Part shown: one piece after another, positions 24,648 to 37,665 of the stretch | Numbering within the stretch: the stretch's first letter is position 1 | How the letters are laid out: each line of letters opens with the position of its first letter | Program-made: the position numbers and the translations under genes | Notes under the pieces: generated by a model | The model's database searches: none | Seen by the model: only the letters and a program-made list of their open reading frames with translations | Told to the model about the DNA's origin: nothing | NCBI GenBank assembly: GCA_016748015.1 | Contig: JAAOMT010000352.1 | Span: 124,001-188,000, forward strand | Direction: 5' to 3' | DNA length: 64,000 nt | DNA from: Geosiphon pyriformis uo1 | Taxonomy: Eukaryota; Fungi; Glomeromycota

Positions 24648-25485
24648 TGTTACAGGTGATTATTTAAAGTCTTAAATTAAATAACAAATCCATAACTTGG
24701 TGTTAATTTGCTTGATGATGTTGGTAATATTTGTAAGTTGTCAGTATCTAAAAGTTTTGTTTGAGTTCTTTGTATAATAGACAGAGATTTCCTAATTGTT
24801 TTATTCATAGCTTCTCAGTACTGCAATTCCATCAAATTTCTTTCTCAATGTGATAGCTGGTAATTTTTTTGGTAAGCTATCCTCAATTGAGTATTTTACT
24901 CTTATTCTTAGATCTTTTATTAGTTACTTATATCTTAATATTAGTATCTCTGCATGTTAATCCTTTTTAATCAAGTTAGTAATCCAATAAACCAAGACAG
25001 AAAGAAAATAAAATAAAAAAAAAAGAAAAAAATAAGCCAAGGCAATGAATATTAATATTTCATCAATAGCCATGATCAAGAACTATTGTTTTAGTGTAAT
25101 CAAGTATGAATTATTATCAACATAAAGTGTTGATAGTAAAGAGTAGATTGAGATAGCAAATAATTATTTTATTAATATTTGTGATTTCTAAGATTGCCTA
25201 AATAAAATCTAAACTAAAAGATTTGTCTTTTCTACTTTTAATAATACTGCTATATATACATAATTGAGATTCCTCAATTCTTCAATTTTTTACCTCAGAA
25301 ATCCTGGAATTCCTTTGAGAAAAATCCTAGAATTCTGGAATCCTGCAATTTCTTGTATGAGAATTCTGAAATTTCTGGAATTCTGCAATTTCTTTGAGAA
25401 GAATCCTGGAATTCCATATTTACTATGGTTATTTCTGATTGGCTAATTTATATGCTAATATACTTCTTATATTCTATAAGTAACA
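24648..25485 (-). repeat. Family B 5' LTR
   Basis: Followed on the minus strand by PBS TTTGGTGCTTTCTGTGAGG. Confidence 0.93.
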
Positions 25486-25514
25486 CCAGTTTGAAATGAA
25501 ATTTAGAACTCTTA

Positions 25515-26767
25515 TGGTGCAAACCATTTATAATCATCAAAAATGTAGATCAGTCCAAAATTTTAAATGATGATCTTCATGTGTTTTTATTTATATAATT
25601 AAATTTTATTGGTTAATATACATGTATTTTTAATATATTATTTATAAATAAGAAGTTTATTAGGCTTTTACAAAAAAATCTGGGTTTTATCTACTTGAAC
25701 TAATACATTTCATACATTTTTTGCATCAAAACAAATTCATTAAAAAATGTACAACACTAATAAAAAAGAGCTATTCAAGGTTATGGGCTTTAAGACAACT
25801 TCAGTTTTTTTAATCAAGATAAAGCCAAAGATCTTTTAATTTCAATTTGATTCTCTTAAATTAACACCAATTAATGTAAATTTCTTGATTATTGTGATAA
25901 GCCATTATATATCACATTCTAATAAGTTGTTGAAATATTCTACAATCAAAATTTTTTTTACAGTCTAGGAACCAATTTTAAAACTAGAACTTAATTCGGT
26001 CGAATACACAATAAGTATTTTAGTTGTTATATTTTTCTTTGGTATATTCATCATTTAAATATTAAATTTAATCAGAAATCTTTAATACAGGAGATTTTAT
26101 ATATCTCTTAGATCCAAGCAATTTTTTGAAATGCAACATTATAGTCATTGAAAGATTATTTGTGAATTCAAAATAAGTATCTACATTATAATAATACAAG
26201 GTTATAAATAAAGTGCAAATGACATTTCCAAATTCTTTAACAATTGCTCATAGTACTTTTACAATTTTTTTGATGTCTGGTGTGAACAATATTGATATCT
26301 GAATTTCTGTTCTAATAATGACAACCAAATATAATAGTGGTGTGAATGGAATATTTATGGTTAATAGTGCCATGTTACCAGCAGAAAACACATAGGCCAA
26401 GAAATATTATATTTTTATAAAAAAGTGACTATCTAAAGATTAAATTAATATTAATTAAAAGCCTTTCTGAAAATAATAATACTTCGATAATTTATCACGT
26501 AGTAACGTGACTTTAATGATTGCTGATTGGCTAAAATCTAATTGATCAGCATCTGAAAATTAAAGATTAATAATAAAAGTGGTTAATTTTAAACTTTAAT
26601 AACTTTATAAATTATAATATAATTCAAAAAATTAAATCATAAATATAAAAAAGAAGAACTTAATCTATTATATTTATGGTTTAGTTTTTTAATATTATTA
26701 AAATTGGAAGACTAAATACAATTTAAAATTATATAAATTGTTTGATAACTATAAATAATTTGCATCA
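25515..26767. mobile_element. Non-autonomous TIR DNA transposon, Tc1/mariner-type by its TA TSD
   Basis: Left end TGGTGCAAACCATTTATAATCATCAAA versus right end reverse complement TGATGCAAATTATTTATAGTTATCAAA; TA on both sides; host gag (ACTCC-TA-TCTT) resumes; no ORF. Confidence 0.82.
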
Positions 26768-29700
26768 TATCTTGATCTCAAAATAGTATATAGAATTAGA
26801 AAAGAGAACCCAAGATCCTGGTAAAGTTGTAACTGAATATGTCAAAGCAAACAAAAAGTTAATCAAACAGATAAACTCTAGAAGAAACTAAACAGAAGAG
26901 CAGAAAATTTACTTTTTCACAAAAAAATTAAGAACTGATCTCTTATATGCTCTTTGGTCTCTTCTAGTCTTAAAAAACAATCCCACAATAGATATGGTCA
27001 TTGAATTAGTCCAACAAATTAAAAACAATTAAAGGATACACTTGAAATTTACACTTCTAGTTTTTGCTTCTGCTCTTGTTATAATTCCTGTTTTTCAAAT
27101 GGCTGCTATTTTTTTTACTGCCCAAACTCCAAATCCCAATAAACAATTAATAGATAGACTTACAGCCAATCTTGCCCAGCTATTAGAACCATTAGTTCAA
27201 GTAGTCTGAGATAATCAACAACTCCAAAAACCCAAATATGAATCCTATTTTAATTAGCATTAGCAATTTCCTTATCAACAAAATTGTGGCCCACCTGTGT
27301 GTTATTACTGTAGATTAACTGGACATTTCTCCAGAGATTACAACAATCTTTTTTTGCCTCCTTTAGCTCCCAAAAACAATGACAATTAAAATAACAGAAT
27401 TATTAACAACAATGTTTTCAATTAAAGATCCAATCATGCCAACATCAATTTCTTTAAAAAAAATTTCTTAATTGAAGCCACTGTTTATTAGCCTTTAAAC
27501 TAGTAAGCACACCTTCAAAGAGTAAGAGTACAAGCCAATTAGAAGAAAACCCCTTTTACACTTTTAATTTAACTAATGATGACCATAACATAGATGAACT
27601 AGCAATCAACACTTTTGAATTAACAAAAAAAAAGAAAAAAGCCAAGATTGATTTCGTTTTGGACCCAAACAAAACATCCATATTAACTGCAGATAACAAT
27701 GAGCCACTAAAAACTAAAGTTTTTTAAAATTCTCCAAAGTTGAAACCCCCAGAAATAGTACAAAAATCTGGTTCTTATTCTATTATTAAAAATTTTATGG
27801 AAACCTCAGCACACATTATATTTGGTCAATTAATAACTCATCTACAGTTCAAAAAAAATCTTTACAAATCATTGATTCTAAAGATGAAGACACCAAAAAC
27901 CAACAAGCATTCTTACCAAGCTGAACTTGCTGACAATAGTAATATTACCTCTCTAATTTGCAAAACCCAAGTGGCTGGTTATTTTATTAACTTGATCTTA
28001 AACAATAAATCATCTGTAAGTGTAATTGCCAAACACTTTTTAGAAGCCATTAGTAGAAAGATAGATGAACTCTCAACCAAATCAATGACCAATATGCATA
28101 GTGACAAAAAGAAAGGGCTTGGTATAGCCAAAGCTGTTCCTGTTCACATCAATGGCATCAGCATTGAGATTGACATGGAAGTATTTGAAGCAAAAAAATA
28201 CACTATTATTGTTAATAATAAATGATTCAAGAAGACAAAAGTCTTGCTTGATTATGAACTTTGTAAACTAATCATTAAATATGATGAAAAACTCATTGTA
28301 ATTAAATGTTATCATTGGAAAATTCCTTTAGTACCCAAGCAAAACCAAGAAAAAGAACAATCAGATAAATTAAATAATAATAAAAGTGATGAAGAAGAAA
28401 AAAAAATCAAGAAAAACAAAAAAAAACTGCTAAATTCACCTATACCATCTTCACCAGTAACAGCAAGCCATTGGACAATGTTAAAGCTAACAAAGAAAAA
28501 ATTATGGTAAATAATAAGCTGATCTGTTGGTCCTATTATGATATTCTTAGAAAAACCTTTGATAGAAAATCTGGCAAGAAAGCCAAATACAGTTATTGGT
28601 AGCATAGTTTTTGTGCCAAATGCTGATGTAATAAACCTTTATATTCTCCTAATGATGAATGCAAATTCTGCCTAATCTATTACAAAGATTGGAAACTTAT
28701 TAGCTTAATACCAAGAGAAAAATTAAGAGAAGTACAAAAATTTTTTAAAAGTAAACCACCTAAGATTTAATTACTTGCAGTAGAACAAAAAAAACCCTCT
28801 TTTAAAAAAAAAAAATTGAAATTGAAAATCTGTTGACTAAAAATAGCCCAGTTATCTCAAAAAAAAGTAATAGTTCTGAATAAACTTATGTGATACAACA
28901 CATTATCACCACCAAAAAAACTCATTCCATCCATTTGAAGCCTTATCAATCTAATTGACACAATAATGAATTTATCAAGAAAAAGATAACCCAAATAAAA
29001 AATCTTGAATTCATACAAAAAACCAAGAGTGAATAGACTTTTTCAGTTGTAATAGTATCCAAGAAAGATGGAATCCTATGCTTTTGTGTTGACTACTACC
29101 AATTAAATGCCATTACTATAAGAGATATGTATTTACTTTCCAAAATTGATGCAATGTTAGATAAATTTAATGATGCTGCTTTCTTCTTAACTATTGACTT
29201 AACTGCTAGATTCTGGCAAGTAGAGATAGATCCAAAAAGTAGAAAGAAAACTGCTTTCATTACCAAGTATGACATCTATAAATTCACAGTTATGTCTTTT
29301 AGTCTTATCAATGCTTTTTTCACTTTTTAATACTTAATAAACAAAGTATTTGAATCAGTAAAAAAAAACTTTGTTCTAGTCTATTTGGACGACATAATAA
29401 TATACTCAAAAACCTGGAATAAACACTTTGAACACTTGCAAAAAGTTTTTGATCTCTTTAGAAATGCTGACTTTAAGATAAATCTAATCAAATTTTTTTT
29501 TAGATGACAATTCACCCAATTTTTTGGTCATCTTATTACAAAAAATAAAATCTTCTCTGACCCAGCCAAAGTTGAAAAAGTTCAAAACATTAGACAACCA
29601 ATAAATGTTTTGAACTATGCTCTTTCCTTGGTTTGGCTTTTTACTATTGCAAATTTATCAAAGATTTCTCCAAAATTGCCTTTCCTTTCAATTAACTACT

Positions 29701-30910
29701 TAGGAAAAATGTCAATTATTACTGGAGCACACATCAGCAAAAAGTTTTTGAAATTCTGAAGAAAAAACTTATTACTGAACCAATCCTTAAACAATCTGAT
29801 CTGAACCAATCTTTTATCTTGCACACTGATACATCTGGCTATGAACTTGGTGCTGTTCTCTCACAAAAAAATGAAAATAACAGGAAACATGCTATAGCAC
29901 ATGTCAGTAGAACTCTTACACCAGCAGAAAAAAACTATTTAATTATTGAACAAGAATGCTTAGCAGTAGTATGAACTACTAGTTATTGAGACCAATATCT
30001 TTTTGGTGTAAAATTCTTAGTGGTAACAGATCATCAAGTCTGAGTTTGACTGTGTAACAAAAAGAAGCTGGAACATAAATGGATAACTTACTGAATTATT
30101 TATTTGGATGAATTCAACTATAATATTCAACACCACAAAGGAGCAAATCATCAAAACACTAATGCTCTCTTTAGACTAACTATCCAGTAATAGTACAATC
30201 TTTTAACCAAACCAACTTAATTATTAATAACTCTCTTATAAACAAACACAATAATAGACTTGGACAATTACTCTGCCTTAATAGAATTTTTGGGTAAAGA
30301 ACAATACCCACCAGAATACACTTAACAGCAAAAAAAACATTTGTGCAAACAATCAAATTTCTATTTGATTTGTCAGAACCAGTTATATAAAAGAAATAGA
30401 AAAAATTCTGACCACCCCCAAAGAGTTATCAGATTTAAAAAAAGAGAAATTGTAATATACAACATGCACACTAATCCATTAGCTAGACACTTTAGAAAAA
30501 CAAAAACAATTCAGAAAATCTTAACTTGCTATTATTGATCTATCTTGGGAAAAGATATTACTGAATATATCAAAATCTGTCATATCTGCCAAAGAAGAAA
30601 AAAACCCAATTACAAGAAAAATATTTATCTAATCTTTGTTAATCAACTATTTGACAGAATTGGTATAGATGTTGTTAAACTTTTAATAATAACTTCTAAT
30701 GACAATAGATACATTATTACAGCTACTGACTATCTTACAAAGTGGATAAAAACAAGAGCCATTCCAGACCAAACAGCAGTCTTAATAGCCAATTTCATTT
30801 ATGAAGATATTATCTGCTGTTATGGCTACCTCAAAGAACTTTTATCTGATAAAAGAAAAGCTTTTTTTAGTATACTGGTTGAAAAACTTTGTAGAAAAAT
30901 GGAAATATGT

Positions 30911-31654
30911 TGTTACTCATAGAATATAGGAAGTATATTAGTATATAATTAGCCAATCAGAGATAGACATAGTAAATGTGAAATTCCAGGATTCCTCTTA
31001 AAGGAATTAAGAAATTTTGATTATATATATATAGCAGTAGTATTAGAAATAAAAAAAACAGATCTCTTAGTTTAGATTTCATTTAAGCAACCTTTTAATT
31101 CACAAATATTAATAAATAAGTATTTGTTTTCTCAATTTACTTTTCTACTATTAATACTCCATGTTGATAGTAACTGATACTTAACTCCACTGGAACAATA
31201 GCTTTTGATCACAGCTATTGACAAAATACTAATATTCATTGCCTTGACTTATTTTTTTTTTTTCTTTTCTTTTATTTTCTTTTCTTATTTTTTTTTATTT
31301 TATTTTCTGTCTTTGTTTATTTTTACTAACTTGATTAAAAGAATTAACATGTAAAGATACTAATGTCAGAATATAAATGACTGGTAAAAGACCCAGGAAT
31401 AAGAGTAAAACACTTGATTAAAGATAGCTTACTAGGAGAATTACTGGCCATCATGCTGAGAAAAAAATTTGATGGAATTGTGGTTCTGGGAAGCTATGGA
31501 TAAAACAATAAGTGAATCTTTGTCTATTATACAAAGAACTCAACCAAAACCTTTAGATACCAAAACTTTCAGATATTACCAATGAGATTAATTATTGAGT
31601 ACCAAGTTATGGGTTTGTTATTTGATTTGAAACTCCAAATAATTACCTGTAACA
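30911..31654 (+). repeat. Family B 5' LTR
   Basis: TGTTACTC...CTGTAACA. Confidence 0.95.
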
Positions 31655-31655
31655 T

Positions 31656-33420
31656 TTGGTGCTCCCTGTAAGGTATAATTTAACAGAAAACTGGCACCAA
31701 CAACACATATTCAAAACAGTGGCAGAATTTAAAGAAACAAAGACAAATCATTTGGAATTTGCAAAATTCTTATTTCAATATTATTATACTTATCTCGGAT
31801 TAACAAATAATAATTGGCCAACAGAATCAGCTTTCAATTGCTACATCAACAAGAGAATAGTATATCATTTGAAAGGCCAAGAAGATCCAGAATCCATCTT
31901 CAACAATTTTTTCAGTGAACTATTCCAAAGCACTACTCTTTCACAAAACTACTTATTTGTATCTTTAATTACAGAAATAAACAGGAAAATTGAAAAATAC
32001 ACCAAGCAGAAATTTTTTATCACTTTTACCGACAAAGAAAAAGAAAGGTTACAAACACCAGCAGGAACACCAAAGCAAATTTAACTATTCACTCGAAAGA
32101 AACAAAGATTTGATTCACCTGTTAATTCATTATATTATCACACACCCAGAAGTATTATCAATATAATAAACATGACTACAGCAAGTACAACAATGCTACT
32201 GAACAGAATTCCATTTTAAAGTAAACAAAAGAAAGCAGAGTTATTAGAAACATATAATGATTATTTTGAGAGATTTAAATCATAATTTCTAATGCCATCA
32301 GAAATTTAATTACCACCACCACAACCAGATTTCGAAACCACCAGTTTCTAGAAAATAACCAATTTTAAGGAAGAAAAAAACAGTAATCAAGAAATTAATA
32401 AACAAAATTCAATTACAGAAAACCCAGAAAATCAAATTCCGAATATTCAAACTCAAGAAAATCAGAACAATCTCAACTCTAACATAATTAATTAACAACA
32501 CTTATCTTCAATAATCATAATCAATCAGCCACTAATTGAACCAATTGTCAAACCAATTCAATAGCTGTAAATACTATCTTAACAACAACCACTTCAACAA
32601 CCACTTCAACAGCCACCCCAATAACTGCTAATTATACCAATGGCCTATACATCAATTGCCAAGCTAGAAAAATTTACTGGTAAAGAAAATAACATCCAAG
32701 TTTGGCTCAATAATGTAGCCAAAGCAATAACTGCCAACAACTGGAACAATACTAAAGCAATGGAAGCCATTTCATACTTTTTACAAGACACTACTGATTT
32801 TTGGTACCAAAATCTTGTAAACAAATCTCAAGATTTTAACATGTTCAAAGTCACATTTCTGCAATATTTCAATGATCATAACAGTATTAATTGCTTAGCA
32901 ACTAATTTCACTACTATCAAGCAAGGAGACACTAAAGCAGTCACACCTTACTTGGGACACTTCCACCAAAATCTGTGTCAAATTTAGATCATTAATGCAA
33001 ACTACTTTACAATACTCCAGATTTTGAATCAGTTTATTTGCAAGTTGTACAGCAGTCTACTATAATGCATATACTCACTATGCCCAGCTATTCTTTAGAA
33101 CATTATTAACCATGCCAAAAATTTAGAATTAGCTGAATTAGAAGCCAATCATGTCCAAGCTGTAAATCTAGTAATAAATGGATCATTTAACTTAGATTCC
33201 AAGCTAAAGCAATTTAGCAACTCAATTAATCAGAAATTAGAAGAATACTTAGCTAACAATCAAGTCATTTATCAATCTTTATAACAACAAAATAATTAGG
33301 AAAATGCTAATTGTTTCCAAAATCAGTCATGTTCATCTTTCTTATACAATCAGCTATGGCAACAAGAAATGCATATCTGCTACAACTATAGTAAACAAGA
33401 TCACCTAAGAGCCAACTGCC
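31656..33420 (+). pseudogene. gag: Family B gag (N-terminal extension, capsid-like domain, zinc knuckle)
   Basis: ORFs 31656-32084 and 32640-32987; decayed C..C....HLRANC knuckle at ~33378-33420. Confidence 0.88.
31657..31673 (+). promoter_or_regulatory. PBS TGGTGCTCCCTGTAAGG, elongator tRNA-Met-like
   Basis: 2 nt after the LTR end and starts TGG; four family B copies give consensus TGGTGCTCCCTGTGAGG. Confidence 0.8.
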
Positions 33421-34438
33421 AATTTTATAATAACTCACAATTGGAACATCAATACAGAAACCCCAATTGCAGATTTCAAACTCTGAACTATCACTCAAAT
33501 CAAGATTAATATTAACCTAATTACACTCAAATAATACAACAGCCAATATATGTACTCCCAATTTATTAGCCAACTGCCTCAATAATTTATCAATCACCAC
33601 AGTCACAAGTAATCTATCAGCCCCAACTGATTTAAATGCTGCCTCAAAATTCAGCTCCAATGTTATTTGGAAACCAAAAACCGAGAATGATCCAACAAAA
33701 CTGGAGATTAGTAATAATAGTCTATTAACCAACCCCCAATTCTTCTAACTAACAATCAGAATTATGCCAGCAGAGTTCAGGAACTAAATACTCTCAAAAC
33801 CCAAATTCTCAGAACTATTTAAGTCTTCTGGTTACCCCAAAAGACACTGCGCCCAACAAACCAGAACTCAATCAAAAGCAACCACTTATTAGCAACATAT
33901 TGCCAGCAATCATTACCAATAATGACTTTTTAGCAGCAAAATATTGGAGATTAAGAATAACCCACCAGAACTAATTGAAACTTTTCTTATTTCCAACCCA
34001 GATGCTTTCCTCAACATTGAAGCCAGTCCAGAAAAATTCTATAAACATTATTAGAATTTGGCACTTATTCAAAAAGAACAAGAGCAATGTTTGGAAAAAA
34101 TAAACACACAACTATGTAATCACTGTTTGATTTTATGTGATTTTGAATATTGTAATGAGTGTAATCTTATTTACAATCTACCATCATACATAATCTACAC
34201 AATTTTCAAAGAGAAAAAATGAATTAGCAGCTACACATTGAAATCAGAATCAAATTTCAATTCCAATTCAAACTCTGACAATGATAACAACAAAAACAAC
34301 AGTTTCAGCTCTGTGCAAAATAGCAATTACAACAACAATGATTTAAACTCTGATTCAAACTCTGAACAATACATTGTGCTCTTTAATCTTACCAAGAAGC
34401 AGAAATTGAAATAGTTCAATGATAATAATGAAAGTATT

Positions 34439-34820
34439 ATGTCAGAACATGCACATAATACTGATGCCAGGTTTAATCTGAGATATTCAGGGAAAGATGC
34501 CATCAAATTAGAACCACATTTGCATATATGCATTGATCTGAAAATAGCACTAGAAATTCTAACAACAATAATAGTTCAGTTAGCATTCAGAAGTAGTTTA
34601 GTGAAAAAAAAAATTAACATCAAAGAAGAAATAATTGATGCAAAATATGTGGAAAATATTATTGCAATACTACAAAATGATTCAGAAAAGGCCTACATCA
34701 TAGAGCCAAATGAAGGCAATATTTCTGTCTCTGGTTAAAATAGTTCAATTAGTGGGAAACCAGGAAGAATTAGAGATTACAGCTAGAGGGATTAGTGGAT
34801 TTGAATCCATGGGTAGAATA
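34439..34820 (+). pseudogene. dut: dUTPase domain, frameshifted
   Basis: TDARFNL, FRSSL, IIDAKY, RGISGFESMG. Confidence 0.88.
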
Positions 34821-35219
34821 GATGTACTAGTTAATATGGCAGAGAAAAAAGTTATTGACAAAAGAGAAATTATCTCCACCCATCAATCAATTTCTATTTC
34901 ATTATATGACCAGTACATATTAATCATAGAGAGAAAAGTAAAGAATCAGATTCAGATTTTTGAAGCAGAAGCAACACTTTGTAAATTAGAAAAGATTGGA
35001 TTAGTCAATTTACACATACCAGCCAAGAATCACAGTTATATTAAAATTTCTATTTACAACAACATGAGAGATATTATTAAGATACCAAAAGAAACTACTA
35101 TTGGATATTTAACCACCAAAATTGAAAACCAACCACCAAACCCCATTCCAGACTTTCCACAACTGTGTGAATATGTTGACATAACATTACAAATAATCTA
35201 CAGATAAGACAAATATTAT

Positions 35220-37635
35220 TTGCTCCAATCAGAACAATTGGAACAAATAAATCTGGAAAACTTAAATCCATTCCAGTATATACAACTCAAAATATTACTC
35301 AACAACTTCACTAACATTTTTGCAAGTGAAAACAAATTTGGCAGAACTGGCATAATTCAGCACCAGATTAAAACTGGAGATACAATGTCAATTAAACAAA
35401 GAGCATACCAAGTACTACCAGCCAGCCATAAGATCATTCATCAAGAAATCAATTAGATGTTGGACAACAGATTAATTCAACTATTAATGAGTCCATAGTC
35501 ATTACCAGTAGTACTAGTCTATAAGAAAAATGAGAAAATCTGCTTTTGTGTGAATTACCAGAAACTTAATAGAGTAACCAAGAGAGATAGCTACCCAACT
35601 CCAAAAATCCAAGAACTTTTCAATGCTTTTGGAGGAAAAAAATGGTTCTTGACTTTAGACTTAGACAGTGGTTACTGGCAAGTAGCCATGAAACTAGAAA
35701 ATAAAAAAAAATGGCTTTTACAACCCAATGTTACAGATAAACTTGGTGGGATATAGTGGTAATATTTGGTGTTCTAATTTAGTGTTCTAAAGTTGTATGT
35801 TTTTTACAAGGTTGATGTTTATCAGTTTCTAAAGGTCTTTTCTAAATGTGAATTTACCCATTGAGTTCTTTGGTTATAAGGCACAGAGTTTTGGTTCTTG
35901 CTGATTGCAACTTCTTATAAAGATAAGCTTTTTTCTCTGAGCTAACAAGCAGTTATTAGGATCTGGCATTGTCTTTTTACTCTTTTGATAAGCTAACAAG
36001 ATAATGTTAATATCCAAAACTTAGGAGGAGCCTTCTTCTTTTACCAGGCTATCATGAAGTCTATTCCCAAACAGTCAATTTTTCTATGTTGTCACTCCAC
36101 AAGAGAAAAATAAAAATAAAAATAAAAATAAAAAAAAATAAAAAAATAAAAAAAATAAAATAAAAAATAAATGTCCTGTTAATAGCCATAATCAAAAGCT
36201 ATTGTGCCAGCAGATTAAGTAGTGGATAATAACATGAATTTGAAGAATTAAAGAAATATTTTATTGATATAATTCCATTTCAGTTGATAGCAACTATTCT
36301 TAAAAGGAGGAGTATTTAATAATTATAACCTGCAAGTCTAATTAACTTTGAGAGTCTAATTGACTCCTAAAAGTCTAATTTTTTTTCTGGATGTCTTTCT
36401 AACTTTTACAGCTACTTATTTTATACATTCTTTTTGTTCTACAGAATTGCTTCTGATTGTTTTGTTATTGCTAACTATTGTTTTGCTATTTCTGTAATTG
36501 TTTTATTTTTTTACATTATTACTAGTTATCTTATATTATAACATATTATCTGGTGTTATTACATGTTATTCTGTGTTATCCTATGTTATAATGCATTATT
36601 CTGTGTTATTCTAAGTTATAATGTATTATCCAATATTATTGCATGCTATTCTGTATTATGTTACGTTTTGGTCATGTTTCTTTATAATTTTGGATCAGTT
36701 TTTCTACTTAGGTAACACCAAGAAGGAAATTTTAAGTTTAAAGTTATGTCATTTGGTTTGATGAATGTTCTAGCAACGTTCCAATGGCTTATAAAAATCA
36801 TCTATACTGGACTATTATGAAAATCAGTAGTCATATATTTGAATGATACTAATGTGTTCTTAAAGACATTCAATGATCATTTACACCATCTTCAATAAAT
36901 ATTTGAAAAACTAAAAAGAGCTGGATTAAAGTTAAATGCCACCAAATGCTTCTTTGGCAAAACAGAATTGAAGTTTTTGGGACATATTGTAAGTAAAAAT
37001 AGAATCAAGATGGATCCAAACAAAATTAAGATAGTTAAAAACTTTCCAGTACTTACTAACTTGACCAAATTACAAGCATTCTTGGAATTTACAAGTTATT
37101 ACTGTCACTTCATCAAAGATTTCTCCAAACCGGCTCAGCTATTATACCAGCTCCAAACAAAGAACACTAAATATGAATAGACAGAAAACCAGCAAGAAGC
37201 TTTTAATACATTAAGAAGAAAGCTTATTTAAGCTTTAGTACTAATCTATTTAGATTATAGCAAGCCATTCATAATCACAACTGATGTGTCAGATCAAACA
37301 TTAGGAGCAGTACTATCTCAAAAAAAACCAGATGAAAGAGAACATCCAGTAGCATATATTAGTCACAACTTAAGTTCAGCTGAAAAGAACTATAGAACAC
37401 CAGCATTGGAACACTTAGCAATCTATTGGGCAGTCATAAAGTGAAAAAAATACTTAAACCAAAAATTTGACATATACACTGACCATAAAGAATTAACTTC
37501 AATCCAAAAGCAAAAATTTGGAGATAATTGCCATGGTAGATAAAAAATAGAACTTTCACTATTTAATTATACAGTACATTATAAAAAAAAAAAAATAGAA
37601 ATGCTAATGGCTTGTCATAAATGAAACAAATCTAA
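35220..37635 (+). pseudogene. pol: Family B RT and RNase H, interrupted by solo LTR 35729-36717
   Basis: DSYPTP, LDLDSGYWQ, YLNDTN, TDVSD; ends NANGLS.MKQI*. Confidence 0.9.
35729..36717 (-). repeat. Solo LTR of a fifth type (E), distantly B-like
   Basis: TGTTACAG...GGTAACA, 989 bp, perfect TSD CCAA; RT resumes (AFTT|QEGNF); shares the AATAGC..GCTATT hairpin; TGTTATT-rich array at 36530-36660; strand inferred from B similarity. Confidence 0.88.
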
Positions 37636-37665
37636 AAACATTACAACCCAAAAATATAATAAAAG

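Larger units (their letters stand above)
7083..25485 (-). mobile_element. Full-length family B Ty3/Gypsy element with dUTPase, carrying two nested insertions
   Basis: Paired LTRs 7083-7927 and 24648-25485; PBS at 24629-24645; PPT at ~7928-7945; TSD TCAG (7079-7082)/CCAG (25486-25489) inside family A gag. Confidence 0.93.

Noticed and set aside
31370-31500. Hammerhead or other known ribozyme in the LTR
   Set aside because: I could not identify a CUGAUGA/GAAA core or another known catalytic core by eye.
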